Shown: positions 47,486 through 59,288, counted from the stretch's first letter. The stretch: DNA of 64,000 bases from an uncultured Thermoleophilia bacterium (GCA_963819335.1 CAWFVQ010000005.1:234178-298177); one strand, 5' to 3'. Notes: generated by a model from the sequence alone, not told the origin. A program made the numbers and translations.

Positions 47486-48580
47486 CTAGAGGTTGCCGCG
47501 GAGCGCCTGCTCGCGCTCGATCGCCTCGAACAGCGCCTTGAAGTTGCCGTCGCCGAAGCCGCGTGCGCCGTGGCGCTCGATCACCTCGAAGAACAGCGTC
47601 GGCCGGTCCTGCGCCGTCTTCGTGAAGATCTGCAGCAGGTAGCCGTCGTCGTCGCGGTCGGCGAGGATCCGCAGCCGCCGCAGGTCGTCCCAGCTCTCGT
47701 CGATCTCGCCGACGCGGTCGGGCGTCTCGTCGTAGTACGCCTCGGGCGTCGACAGGAAGACGATGCCGCGGCGCTGCATCGCCTCGACGGTCTCGACGAT
47801 GTTCGCGCTCTGCATCGCGATGTGCTGCGAGCCGGGGCCGTGGTTGAACTCGAGGTACTCCTCGATCTGGCTCTTGCGCTTGCCCTCGGCCGGCTCGTTG
47901 ATCGGGAACTTGATCTTGCCCTGGCCGTCCGTCATCACCTTCGACATCAGCGCCGAGTACTCGGTCGAGATGTCGTCGTCGCTGAAGTGGATCATCTCGG
48001 TCATCCCGAAGACCCGCTCGTAGAACTCGACCCAGTAGTCCATGCGGCCGAGCTCGACGTTGCCGACGATGTGGTCGAGCGCGATCAGCCCGACGCCGTC
48101 GTCGGGCCGCGGCTCACGCGCGACGTAGCCCGGCAGGAACGCGCCCTCGTAGGCGTGGCGATCGACGAACGTGTGGACGACGTCGCCGTACGTCGCGATC
48201 GTCGCGAGCTCGACCTTGCCGAACTCGTCCTCGAGCGCATGCGGCTCGGCCACACCCGTGCGCACCGCGCTGCACCGCCTGGCGGTACGCCTCGGTCGCG
48301 TCCGGGCACGCGCAGCGAGATGTCCTTCACGCCGTCGCCGTGCGTCGACGCGAACTCGCCGATCTCGTGGCCGCGGATGCAACGCGCTCGAGAGCACGAA
48401 GCGGATCTCGTTCTGCTCGAGCACGTAGCTCGCGCGGTCGCGCACGCCGGTCTCCGGCCCCGCATACGCGGTGCAGCGGAAGCCGAACGCGTGCTCGTAG
48501 AAGTACGCGGCCTGCTTCGCGTTCCCGACCCAGAGCTCGACGTGGTCCCAGCCGTCGAGCGGCATGAAGTCGTCGGCCAT
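47486..48580 (-). CDS. hppD: 4-hydroxyphenylpyruvate dioxygenase
   Basis: HVELWVGNAKQAAYFY, LDHIVGNVELGRMDYWVEFYERVFG, INEPAEGKRKSQIEEYLEFNHGPGSQHIAM, LLQIFT, FFEVIERHGARGFGDGNFKALFEAIEREQ. 2 frame switches (about 48280-48370). Confidence 0.9.
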   Translation of the reverse strand: MADDFMPLDGWDHVELWVGNAKQAAYFYEHAFGFRCTAYAGPETGVRDRASYVLEQNEIRFVLSSALHPRPRDRRVRVDARRRREGHLAARARTRPRRTARRCSAVRTGVAEPHALEDEFGKVELATIATYGDVVHTFVDRHAYEGAFLPGYVAREPRPDDGVGLIALDHIVGNVELGRMDYWVEFYERVFGMTEMIHFSDDDISTEYSALMSKVMTDGQGKIKFPINEPAEGKRKSQIEEYLEFNHGPGSQHIAMQSANIVETVEAMQRRGIVFLSTPEAYYDETPDRVGEIDESWDDLRRLRILADRDDDGYLLQIFTKTAQDRPTLFFEVIERHGARGFGDGNFKALFEAIEREQALRGNL

Positions 48581-48591
48581 CGGCGGGCAGT

Positions 48592-49486
48592 CTAGTCCCC
48601 GGGCGGCTCGACCGGCGTCGTCTGCCGCGAGCGCTCGACCAGCACGGCGCCGAGGATCAGCGCCCCGCCGACGAGCTCCCAGCGTCAGGCTCTCGCCGAG
48701 CAGGACGAGCGCGAAGAGCACGCCGAAGAACGGGCTGCAAGTTCGAGAAGAGCGACGCGCGCGACGGGCCGACCTCGTTGATCGCCGTGAACCAGAGGAT
48801 GTTCGTCAGGAACAGCGGCCCGATCACGGCGTAGGCGAAGCAGATCCACATCAGCGTCGAGAACGCGAACGACTGGCTCGTCGTCTGCCGGAAGCCGACG
48901 ATCGCGAGCGGCACCCAGCCCGAGAGCGAGCACGAGCGAGCTGATGCGGAACGGCGAGTAGCGGCGCATCAGCGGCGTGATCGCGACCGAGTACATCCGC
49001 CCACGTGAGCGCCGTGCCGACCGCGAGCAGGTCGCCGACCACGTGGCCCGAGAACCCGCCCGAGCCGGTCGCGACGAAGCCGACGCCCGACGATCGAGAC
49101 GACGCGTCGCGACCCAGAAGCCCGCGGCCCATCCGCTCGAGGCCGATGGCCGTCGCGACGATGCCGATGAAGATCGGCGTCATGCCCAGGATCAGCGTCA
49201 CCGTCGCGGCCGACGTCTTGTCGATCGCGTAGACGAAGCAGAGCTGGTTGACGAAGATCATCCCCGCGGCGATCGCCACGTAACGAATGTCGCGTCGCGC
49301 GATCCGGAACGAGCCTTCGCGCAGGTAGGTGAAGATCCAGAACAGCCCCGTCGCGGCGGCGTAGCGGACCGTCGCGTAGGCGAGCGGCTGGAAGCCGTGG
49401 GTCAGGACGTACCGCGTGACGGTCGAGTTCAGCGCCCAGAGGAGGACCGTCCCGAGCAGCAAGAGGTCGACGGTCCGCCTGCGCAT
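48592..49486 (-). CDS. EamA/DMT-family transporter
   Basis: MRRRTVDLLLLGTVLLWALNSTVTRYVL, VNQLCFVYAIDKTSAATVTLILGMTPIF, LTNILWFTAINEVGPSRASLFSNLQPV, LFALVLLGESLT. About 3 frame switches. Confidence 0.8.
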
Positions 49487-49516
49487 CGCTTCGACGTTAA
49501 CTACGCTGTCCGCGCC

Positions 49517-49660
49517 ATGGAGCGCGAGCCAACCCGCGACGACGTCGACGCCCTCGTCGGGCCTGCGACGCCGCACTTCGCGTACCAGCTCCGCGCGCGC
49601 GTGCGCGAGCTCGTCGCCGGCCTGCCCGAGTCGAACGAGGTCCGGCGGTACGCCGAGTAG
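49517..49660 (+). CDS. small hypothetical protein (47 aa as sequenced; in-frame continuation to 49798 after a TAG)
   Basis: MEREPTRDDVDALVGPATPHFAYQLRARVRELVAGLPESNEVRRYAE*. TACGCT -10 box lies 9 nt before the ATG. Confidence 0.35.
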   Translation: MEREPTRDDVDALVGPATPHFAYQLRARVRELVAGLPESNEVRRYAE

Positions 49661-49794
49661 CAGATCGAGCGGCTCGACCGCCTCGGCCACGCCTCGTCGA
49701 AGGCGGACGAAGGTCAGCGCGAGTCGCCGTCGCGGCTCGGCTGGGACGAGATCCCGTCGTCGGCGCCGGCCGACAGCCCGCTCCCTCGCCGAGC

Positions 49795-51209
<1,415 letters not shown>

Positions 51210-51213
<4 letters not shown>

Positions 51214-52109
51214 AAGGGCAGGAAGCGGCCGAGCGTGTCGGCGGCGATGTAGCCGGCGATCTTCGGGTTCTCCTGGAGCCGACGCACGGAGTACTCGTAC
51301 CACTCCGTCCCGTACGGGACGTAGACGCGCAGGCGATGGCCGGCGGCCACGAGCTCGTCGGCTCGGTCGGAGCGCACGCCGAGCAGCATCTGGAACTCGT
51401 ACCGGTCAGGCGAAAGGCCGGCCTCGTCGACGATCCGCAGCGCCTCGCGGATCAGGTGCTCATCGTGCGTTGCGATCCCGACGTACGTGCCCTGCGTGAC
51501 GAGGGCCTCAAGGCAGCGGACGTAGTTGGCCCGCACCGAGTCGAACTCGCGAAACGCGATCCGCGGCGGCTCGACATAGATCCCTTTGCACAACCGCGCG
51601 TTCTCGAGGCCCGGCAGGTCGTCGGCCGTGCGGCGCAGATAGGCCTGCACGACAACGCCAACGTTTGTGTGTCCGGCGTCACGCAAGCCGCGGTAGAGCG
51701 CGAGCGTGCGGTCGGTCGTGGACGAGTCCTCCATGTCGATGCGCACGAAGTTGCCGCGCGCGGCCGCATCGATGACGATCGATTCCAGGTTCTCGCGACA
51801 GAGGTCTTGGTCGACCTCGAGCCCGAACCCGGTGAGCTTCACCGATACGTTTGCGTCGAGACGCTCCTCCTCGATCCGAGCGAGAACGTCGTGGTACTGG
51901 CCGGCGATCGCACGAGCCTCATCGGCGGTCGCCACCTCCTCGCCGAGCACGTCGATGGTCGCGAGCTTCCCTTTCTCGTTCAGCTTCCTGACAACGCGAA
52001 GGGCATCGTCGAGCGTCGAGCCGGCGATGTACCGGGACGCGAGCTGGCGCACGATCGGCTTCGGAACGGCGGGCAGCAGGCGGACGATCGTCTGGTCGAG
52101 CAGGTTCAC
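51210..52109 (-). CDS. proline dehydrogenase-family protein (monofunctional PRODH)
   Basis: Intact about 299 aa from GTG: IDVLGEEV, FVRIDMEDS, VGVVVQAYLRRT, RLCKGIY, GIATHDE, EFQMLLGVR. Confidence 0.85.
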
Positions 52110-52163
52110 AGGCGGCAGGATCGTAGAGCAAACCGATCCCTCGGAGCAGTCGTAAACACGGTC

Positions 52164-52604
52164 ATGAAGCTGACGCGCGCAACAACTGCAGCGGCCGCAC
52201 TGGCGGTCGCCCTGCTCGGCGCCTCGGCCGCGGGGGTCGTCGCACACGCGAGCGCGACCACGAAGTCGATCAACGTGACCGAGCGAGAGTTCCATATCGG
52301 TCTGTCGACGAACAAGGGCGCTTTGGGGAGCGTCCGCTTCGTGGTCAAGAACACCGGCAAGCTCTCGCACGCGCTGGAGATCTCGGGGCCAGGCGTGAAG
52401 AGCAAGCGGACACCTCTGATCAAGCCGGGGAAATCCGCAACGCTGACGGTGACGCTCCGTGACGGCGCCTACACGCTGTGGTGCCCCGTCCCGGGCCACG
52501 CGGCGCAGGGAATGAAGACGTCGCTGACGGTCGCCGGGGCGATGACCACCACCACGCCCGCCCCGACGACGACCGGCGGTGGCGGAGGCGAAGCCTGGGG
52601 GTAA
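52164..52604 (+). CDS. secreted cupredoxin (plastocyanin/azurin-like type-1 copper protein)
   Basis: Intact. Signal MKLTRATTAAAALAVALLGASAAG. Cu ligand pattern H(ALEI)...C-P-V-P-G-H-x4-M (LWCPVPGHAAQGM). Thr/Pro/Gly tail. Confidence 0.8.
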   Translation: MKLTRATTAAAALAVALLGASAAGVVAHASATTKSINVTEREFHIGLSTNKGALGSVRFVVKNTGKLSHALEISGPGVKSKRTPLIKPGKSATLTVTLRDGAYTLWCPVPGHAAQGMKTSLTVAGAMTTTTPAPTTTGGGGGEAWG

Positions 52605-52628
52605 CCCCTTCGCTCCGCACGACCCCTG

Positions 52629-53785
52629 ATGCGACGGCGGGACCCGGGGTCCCGCCGTCGCTCGTTGTCGGCTTCGCCGTCGCTGCGATCGGCGGGCCGC
52701 TCGCGCTCGTCGCGATCTACGTCCCACAGGCGGGCGACATGCGGTCGGCCGGGCTGCTCGTCGTCCTCGGCGCGCTCTTGTTCGCCTGTCCGCTGCTCGT
52801 CTGGCTGCGCTACAGCGAGGAGATCGCTTCTGCCGGCGGCCTCGCGGCATTCGTCGAGGCGGGTGCGGGACGAAGGCTGGCGCTGCTGCAAGCCGCGGTG
52901 TGGTCGATCAGCTACTTCCTCTACCTGCCGTACACGATCACCGACATCGTCTACGAGCAGCTCGTCGACGTCTTCCCCGGTCTCGAGCCGTGGCGGTGGG
53001 TGCTCGAGATCACGCTCCCGATCGGCATCGTCGCGCTGGTGCTCGCGGGAACGCTGCCCGCGCTGCGCGTGCTCTTCGTCTCGGCGGCTGTTCAGCTTGC
53101 GATCGTTCTTGCGTTCGGCATCGTGCTGCTCGCGCACGTCGGCGCACCGGCGCGCTCGTTCACGCACGAGCACTCCGTGGTGCACGGCAGTGCGGCGATC
53201 GCGCTCCTCTTCATCTGCGCGAGCCTCGTGCTCTTCCTCGGCGGCGAGGCAGTCGGCGGCAGTAAGACGATCCGGTACGCGCTCGTCACCTCAGGTGTCG
53301 CGGTCGCGGTGTACCTCGTCTTTGCGATCTTCCCGCTGGCGGCGGTCGACGCATCGGTGCGCAGCACCGACTTCACCGGCCTCGACGCGGCGACGCTGTA
53401 CGGCGGCCGCGGGTTCGGGATCCTCGTCGGGCTCGGCGCGATCGTCTCGGTCGCAGGCGTGATCGTCGCGGAGTACATCGCGCTCTCCCGCCTGCTCTAC
53501 TCGGTCACAGGCGTGCCCGTGCGGCGGTTGCTGCTCTGGATCGCCGTGCCGTTCGTCGCGCTCGACGCACTGAGCGTCATCAACCCGCACGCGTTCGACG
53601 AGCAGGTCCTCCGCCTCTCGCTCGGCGCGCTCTTCCTCGCACAGCTGATCGTCTTCGCGGTGTACCCGCTCTACCGGCGACTGCGCGGCCGCCTGACGGC
53701 CTTCGACGTCCTGATCGCCGCAGTCGCGTTCGTGCTGATGGCCTGGGGCCTCTGGCGTGCGATCAGCGGCGACGTCGCGAGCTAG
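52629..53785 (+). CDS. polytopic membrane protein, APC-superfamily-like permease
   Basis: Long intact frame with about 10-11 hydrophobic helices (SLVVGFAVAAIGGPLALVAIYV, LLVVLGALLFACPLLVWL, ...). Start unresolved: ATG 52629 is in another frame; the first in-frame ATG is 52739. Confidence 0.5.
52631..52661 (+). terminator. perfect 15-bp-arm palindrome/hairpin after the cupredoxin gene
   Basis: gcgacggcgggaccc-g-gggtcccgccgtcgc, starting 27 nt after the TAA stop. Confidence 0.5.
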
Positions 53786-54622
53786 CTCTCGCGCATGAAC
53801 CCCTGGCGCGCAGCGCTGACGAGCGCCACCGCCTCGGGGAACAGCACGCGCATCGCGTCGCGCAGCGCAACCGCCTGCTCATCGACCGGCCCGGCCACCT
53901 GCACCTGGGAGAGCGCCGCCGCGGTCAGCTCGACGGCGGTGTTCAGGGTCAGCGTCGCGAACTGCTCGCGCTGCGCCTCCTGCACCGACTCCGCCTGCTG
54001 CTCCGCGAACTCGCGCAACCCGCGGAGCAGATCCTCCGGGTCGCCGCCGAACGGGAGTCCAAATCCTCCACCTTCCATGCCGTCACGGTAGCGTGGACCA
54101 CGGTAGCCCGACTCGACGTCCTTGACGAACTCGTCCACTGCGCCCGTCGCGCCGCGGATCGCCTCGGAGAAGGGCGACGTCAACTCACCGAGCGCGCGCT
54201 CGAGCGACGATCGTCGCGGCGCCAACCTCGTCGAGAAAGGCGGGCGTCGCGACGCGCGGCGGCGCACCGATCGCGCGCTCGAGCGCCAGCGCGGCGTCCT
54301 CCGCCTCCTCGATCCCCGGCGGCTGCTCGACCATGCGCACCTGGGCGAGCTGCACGCGAAGCTGCTCGAGGTCACCGCCGCCGGCCAGCTCCTCGGCGAG
54401 CTCGCACATCGCGACGATCGACGCGACGTCGCGAATGTCCTGGCGCTTCTCGACGATCGCGCCGGCGTCGTCGAGCACCAGCCAGCGGCGCCCGTCGTCC
54501 CCGCCGAACGCGACGAGGTAGAACCGCCGCGCGTGCGCGGGCTCGGCCGCGAGCACACCGGCGACGTCGCCGTGCTCGGCGGCCTGGGCCGCGATCCGAT
54601 CCAGATCGTCGCTGAGAGCCAT
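53782..54622 (-). CDS. hypothetical protein
   Basis: MALSDDLDRIAAQAAEHGDVAGVLAAEPAHARRFYLVAFGGDDGRRWLVLDDAG...GDPEDLLRGLREFAEQQAESVQEAQREQF. One frame switch. TACGCT -10 box lies 7 nt before the ATG. Confidence 0.5.
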
Positions 54623-54634
54623 AGTCTCAAGCGT

Positions 54635-55331
54635 ATGGATGCGAAGAAGCTCTTCGCGCCGCTCGGTCCGCGCTACGACCGGCTGGGGTCGCTGCTCTCG
54701 TTCGGGCAGGACCCGCGCTGGCGGCGGTTCCTCGTGACGCGGACGGACGCCGGCCCGCTCGACACGGTGCTCGACGTCGCGACCGGGACGGGACTCGTCG
54801 CGCTCGAGCTCGCGCGGCAGAAGGACTGCTTCGTCGTCGGCGTCGACCGCAGCGCCGAGATGCTCGAGGTCGGCCGCCGCAACGTCGCGCTCGCCGGTGC
54901 GACCAAGAAGATCCGGCTCGAGCACGGCGACGCGCGCTCGCTCCCGTTCGACGACGGCCTCTTCGACGCAGTGACGTTCACGTATCTCCTCCGCTACGTC
55001 GAGGATCCGGCCGCGACGCTGCGCGAGCTCGCGCGCGTCGTCAAACCGGGCGGCACGATGGCCGGCCTCGAGTTCGGCGTGCCGCGCGGCGTCTGGCGCG
55101 CCCCGTGGGAGCTGTGGGTGCGGGTCGGGCTTGCCGGTGCGGGCCGCATCATGGGCGACGGCTGGCAGGAGGTCGGCGCGTTCCTCGGCCCGTCGATCCG
55201 CGGGCACTACGAGCGCTGGCCGCTGCCGCGGCTGCTCGACGCGTGGCGCGACAGCGGGAATCGACGACGTCCGCGCGAAGCGGCTCAGCCTCGGCGGCGG
55301 GATCGTGACATGGGGACGCAAGAAGACGTAA
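54635..55331 (+). CDS. UbiE/MenG-type (demethylmenaquinone) methyltransferase
   Basis: YDRLGSLLSFGQDPRWRR, VLDVATGTGLVALELA, FDAVTFTYLLRYVEDP, VVKPGGTMAGLEF. One frame switch near the 3' end. Confidence 0.75.
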
Positions 55332-55988
55332 GGCCGGCGTTCTACGCGCTGCGGAGCGGTGGCTGGCGCGACTACGTCACGCTCCTGCACCTGCCGTACA
55401 CGCTGTGGAACCTCTCGTACGTCGCGGTCGGCGCCGCGATCGCGCCGACGTTCCATCTCAACCGGATGCTCTGGGCGATGGCGGCGTTCTTCCTCGCGCT
55501 CGGCGTCGCCGCGCACGCGCTCGACGAGCTGCACGGGCGGCCGCTGCGCACGAGCATCCCGTCGGGCGTCCTCATCGCGCTCGCGGCGATCGCGCTCGGC
55601 GGGGCCGTCGCGATCGGCATCGGCGCCGCGGCCGCCTGGGGATGGGGCCTGCTCGTCTTCGTCGCGGTCGGCGCGGTGCTCGTCCCGGCCTACAACCTCG
55701 AGCTCGCGTTCCACAACGAATGGGGCCTCGCGCTCTCCTGGGGAGCGTTCCCGGTGCTGACCGGCTACTTCGTCGAGGCGCAGACGATCCGGGTCGAGGC
55801 GGTCGCGGCGGCGGCCTACGGGACGATCCTCGATCCTCGCCCAGCGGACGCTCTCGACGCCCGTTCGCGCTGCCCGGCGCGATCACGGCACGACCGAGGG
55901 GACCGAGCCGCTCGAGCGCGCGCTGCGGCTCATGAGCTGGGCGGCGATCGCTCTCGGCGTCGCCCTCGTCGCCGCACGCCTACGATGA
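55310..55988 (+). CDS. hypothetical integral membrane protein
   Basis: MGTQEDVRPAFYAL..., about 5-6 helices (LWNLSYVAVGAAIAPTF, MLWAMAAFFLALGVAAHALDELHGRP, ...). Overlaps the methyltransferase 3' end by 22 nt. One frame switch. Confidence 0.5.
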
Positions 55989-55992
55989 CGGC

Positions 55993-57154
55993 GTGACCGC
56001 CGCCGCCATCGTCGCCGTCGTCGCCGCCGCGCTCGCGGGCGTGGCGCTGGTCGGCTGCGTCCTCGTGCTGCGCAAGGTGCGCTCACATCAGCGCGTGCTG
56101 GAGCGCGAGATCGAGCGCGGCAAGTCGGCGTTCGACGAGGTCGTCGCCGCCGAGCTCGCCGAGCGCGCAGCCGAGCTCGAGGCGACGCTGGCGCGGGCGC
56201 GCGCCGACTCGCTCTCGCAGCTCGCCGAGGAGGAGCGGCGGATCGCCGAGGAGCGGCGCCGCGACGTCGCCGAGCGCGAGCGCGACGCAACGGCGCGGCT
56301 CGGCGAACAGCTGCTGCAGGCTCAGGCGGCGGTCGAGCGGCGGCTCGGCGACTGGCAGGGCGACATCGAGAAGCTGCAGGAAGGGCTCAACGAGGAGCTG
56401 AAGCGCGTCGAAGACGAAGCAGCGTCAGCTGATGACGGAGGTCGAGTCGAAGATCGGCCAGGACGCGGAAGGGCTGCAGGGCGAGATCGAAGAGCAGCGC
56501 GCGGTGCTCGCACGGATGCGCGCCGATCTGAAGCGCACAGCCGAGGAGGTGGCGCAGCAGGCGAATGCCGAGCTCGAGCAGCACGGCGCCGAGCGCCGTC
56601 ACGCGCTGCACGAGGTGGCGGATCGGCTTCGCCGCCGCGAGCGCGACCTGCAGGAGCTCGTCGAGCGCGAGTCGAACGACGCGGCCGCGCGCATTCAGAT
56701 CGCGCTCGGCGACATCGAGCGGCGCCAGGTCGAGCAGCTCCAGCGGGTCGTGACGCGCGAGACGACGCGGTACGCCGAGGCCGCCGGGGCGCAGTTCGAA
56801 AGCGCGACGAAGACGGCACGCGAGGAGGCAGCGCGGCGGCTGTCGCGCGAGCTCGACCTCGCGGTCGAGCGGTTCGCGCGCGAAGCGGAGGGCGTCCTGA
56901 CCGAGCGCCTGAACGCGGTGAGCGACGCCGCGGCACAGCGCGTCGAGGAGCGGCTGGCGCGTCTGCGGGCGGCGCTCGAGCGGCAGCGCGACGATGCGCT
57001 GGTGTCGCTGGAGGATCGCGCGCACCAGGTGGAATCGAGCCTGCGTGACCGACTGCGCGAGATCGCGGCGGACGCAGAATCGGAGCGCGCAGTGCTCGAC
57101 GGACGTCTGCACGAGCTCGCCCGGCGCCTCGACGAGCTGACGGCGCGAACGTAA
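55993..57154 (+). CDS. membrane-anchored long coiled-coil protein (Glu/Arg/Ala-rich)
   Basis: TM MTAAAIVAVVAAALAGVALVGCVLVL, then about 350 aa of heptad-like E/R/A/L sequence. One frame switch near 56410. Confidence 0.6.
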
Positions 57155-57230
57155 AGCAATCGTTTTCGCGACTTTTTCGCGCCAACTTCCTGTGAAAGGG
57201 TTCGTCTAGGAGAAGGCGAAAGCGAATCTC

Positions 57231-57428
57231 ATGCCGCAGACGATCGAACAGCCACAGACCGAGCGCGAAAAGGTCGAGTCCTGGCGCCTGCACGTGCTGA
57301 TCGAGGCGGGCTATCCGCTGCCGCTGGCCGAGAAGCTGGCGCATTCGGAAGCCGATCTCCATCGCGCCGTCGAGCTGACTCGCACGGCTGCACGTTCGAG
57401 ACGGCGACCGAGATCCTGCTCTAGGTGA
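57231..57428 (+). CDS. small hypothetical protein
   Basis: MPQTIEQPQTEREKVESWRLHVLIEAGYPLPLAEKLAHSEADLHRAVEL... Likely one frame switch near the end (alternative ending ...GCTFETATEILL*). Confidence 0.4.
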   Translation: MPQTIEQPQTEREKVESWRLHVLIEAGYPLPLAEKLAHSEADLHRAVELTRTAARSRRRPRSCSR

Positions 57429-57453
57429 CGACGGGTCGGGGACCGTCTGGGCC

Positions 57454-58125
57454 CTAGGCTTTCGCGCGGGCGACGAGCAGCCGGGCGAGCTCGACGTCGG
57501 CCGCAGCGACCGTGGCGACATACGCCCCCGACGTCGTCGAGCTGAGCGAGATCTCGGTCCGACCCTTCGTCACCAGGACGTCCTCGATCGCGATCGGCTG
57601 CGTCTTGCCGTTGGCGACGACATCGATCCTCGTGACGAAGGCGCGTGCGTGCGTGCCAAGGCTCGGGAACGGAATGCGCGTGATCGAGACGAACTTCTCC
57701 TTCGTGCCGCTGAAGTTCTTCTGGATCTGCTCCTTCGTGCACGGGAACGCCGCGGGATCGGCGACCGTGCGCTTCCAGTCCGCCTCGACCATCGCGGCGG
57801 TCTGGAGAACCTGAGCTTCGGTGTCGAGCTCGAGGTTCGAATGCGTCCAGACCGTCTCGGCAGCACCGGTGACGACGAGGTCGGACTGCTTCGGGTTGAA
57901 GTTCGCGCAGGTCGGCCCCGGCGTGAGGTCCGGCTTCGTGACTCCGCCCTTCCAGCCCGTCTTGCCCAGGTCGCTCTTCAGCCACGACGGCCGTCTTCGC
58001 CGCGCCTGGTCGGCCGCGGTGAACTTGTGCTGCTCGCGATCGGACACCGAGGCCAGCGCGGCGGCCGCGGATGCCAGTGCGCCGAGCGCCGTCGCGACAT
58101 ACAGGAGCCTGCGCATGTCTCGCAC
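57454..58125 (-). CDS. secreted hypothetical protein
   Basis: Intact 223 aa. Signal MRDMRRLLYVATALGALASAAAALA. Lys-rich relative to neighbours. No family recognised. Confidence 0.6.
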   Translation of the reverse strand: MRDMRRLLYVATALGALASAAAALASVSDREQHKFTAADQARRRRPSWLKSDLGKTGWKGGVTKPDLTPGPTCANFNPKQSDLVVTGAAETVWTHSNLELDTEAQVLQTAAMVEADWKRTVADPAAFPCTKEQIQKNFSGTKEKFVSITRIPFPSLGTHARAFVTRIDVVANGKTQPIAIEDVLVTKGRTEISLSSTTSGAYVATVAAADVELARLLVARAKA

Positions 58126-58148
58126 AGCATGCCCGATACGATCGAATT

Positions 58149-59288
58149 GTGAAGGTGGAGGCGACCGAGATCGACGGGCGCAAGGTCTACAGCGTCCGCG
58201 GGTTCAACCAGGGAGTCGCAACGTGGCTGAACCGCCTGCCGACCCTGTGGATCGAGGGCGAGGTGACGGAGCTGCGCCGCCAGCAGCGCTGGGCGTCGGT
58301 GTTCTTCACGCTCAAGGATCCGGAGGACGGCGCCTGCCTGCCGGTGCAGATGCCGCGCGGCCAGTTCGACGCGCTCGACCTGAACCTGCAGGAGGGCGAG
58401 CGCGTCCACGTCTTCGGGCGCGCCGAGCTCTACGAGCAGCGCGGCGAGCTACGGCTGAAGGCGCTGACGATCGAGCGCTACGGGCTCGGCGCCCACCTCG
58501 CCGCGCTCGAGCGCCTGAAGAAGCAGCTCGCGGCCGAGGGGCTGTTCGCCGCCGAGCGCAAGCGACCGCTGCCGCGCTTCCCGCGCCTGATCGGGCTCGT
58601 CACCGGCAACGACGCCGCTGCGAAGCGCGACGTGCTGACGCACATCGTGCAGCGCTTCCCGCCGGCGAACATCGTCGTCGCCGAGACGTACGTGCAAGGC
58701 CCGCGGGCGGCTGCCTCGATCGCGACGGCGATCGGAGATCTCTGCCGGCGCGGCGCCGACGTGATCGTGCTCGCCCGCGGCGGCGGGAGCTTCGAGGACC
58801 TGCTGCCGTTCTCGGACGAGCGCGTCGTGCGCGCCGTCGCCGGGTGCACCGTGCCGATCGTCTCCGCGGTCGGCCACGAGCAGGACACGCCGCTCTGCGA
58901 CCTCGCCGCCGACGTGCGCGCGTCGACGCCGACCGCTGCCGCCCGCCTCGTCGTGCCCGATCTCGCCGAGCTGCGCGAGCGCCTCGCCCGCACGCGCGAC
59001 GGTCTGCATCGCGGCGCGCAACGCGCCACCGAACGCCACGCCCAGCGGCTCGCGGCCGCGCACGAACGGCTCGGCCGCGCACCGCTGCTCGCGCTCGAGC
59101 GGCGACGCGCGCGGCTCGACACCGCGCACGCGCGGCTCGGCGCGCTCAGCCCGCGTGCGACGCTCGAGCGCGGCTACGCGATCGTCCACCGCGGCGACGA
59201 GGTCGTCCGCTCACCGCAGCAGGTCGCGCACGGTGACGGGATCGACGTGCGGGTCGCCGACGGCACGTTCGGAGCGACCGTTGAGTGA
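58149..59288 (+). CDS. xseA: exodeoxyribonuclease VII large subunit
   Basis: Intact: OB-fold N-terminus (VYSVRGFNQGVATWLNRLPTLWIEGEVTEL), IGLVTGNDAAAKRDV, VIVLARGGGSFEDLLPFSDE, PIVSAVGHEQDTPLCDLAADVRASTPTAAA. Confidence 0.92.
   Translation: MKVEATEIDGRKVYSVRGFNQGVATWLNRLPTLWIEGEVTELRRQQRWASVFFTLKDPEDGACLPVQMPRGQFDALDLNLQEGERVHVFGRAELYEQRGELRLKALTIERYGLGAHLAALERLKKQLAAEGLFAAERKRPLPRFPRLIGLVTGNDAAAKRDVLTHIVQRFPPANIVVAETYVQGPRAAASIATAIGDLCRRGADVIVLARGGGSFEDLLPFSDERVVRAVAGCTVPIVSAVGHEQDTPLCDLAADVRASTPTAAARLVVPDLAELRERLARTRDGLHRGAQRATERHAQRLAAAHERLGRAPLLALERRRARLDTAHARLGALSPRATLERGYAIVHRGDEVVRSPQQVAHGDGIDVRVADGTFGATVE

Noticed and set aside
49658-49660. The in-frame TAG as pyrrolysine or programmed read-through
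   Set aside because: There is no Pyl machinery or context. Given the error load of this sequence, a substitution is far more likely.
57834-57850. GGTTCGAATGC, resembling a tRNA T-loop
   Set aside because: The flanks cannot form a T-stem (CGAGG versus GCGTC), there is no acceptor or anticodon arm, and it lies inside an intact CDS.
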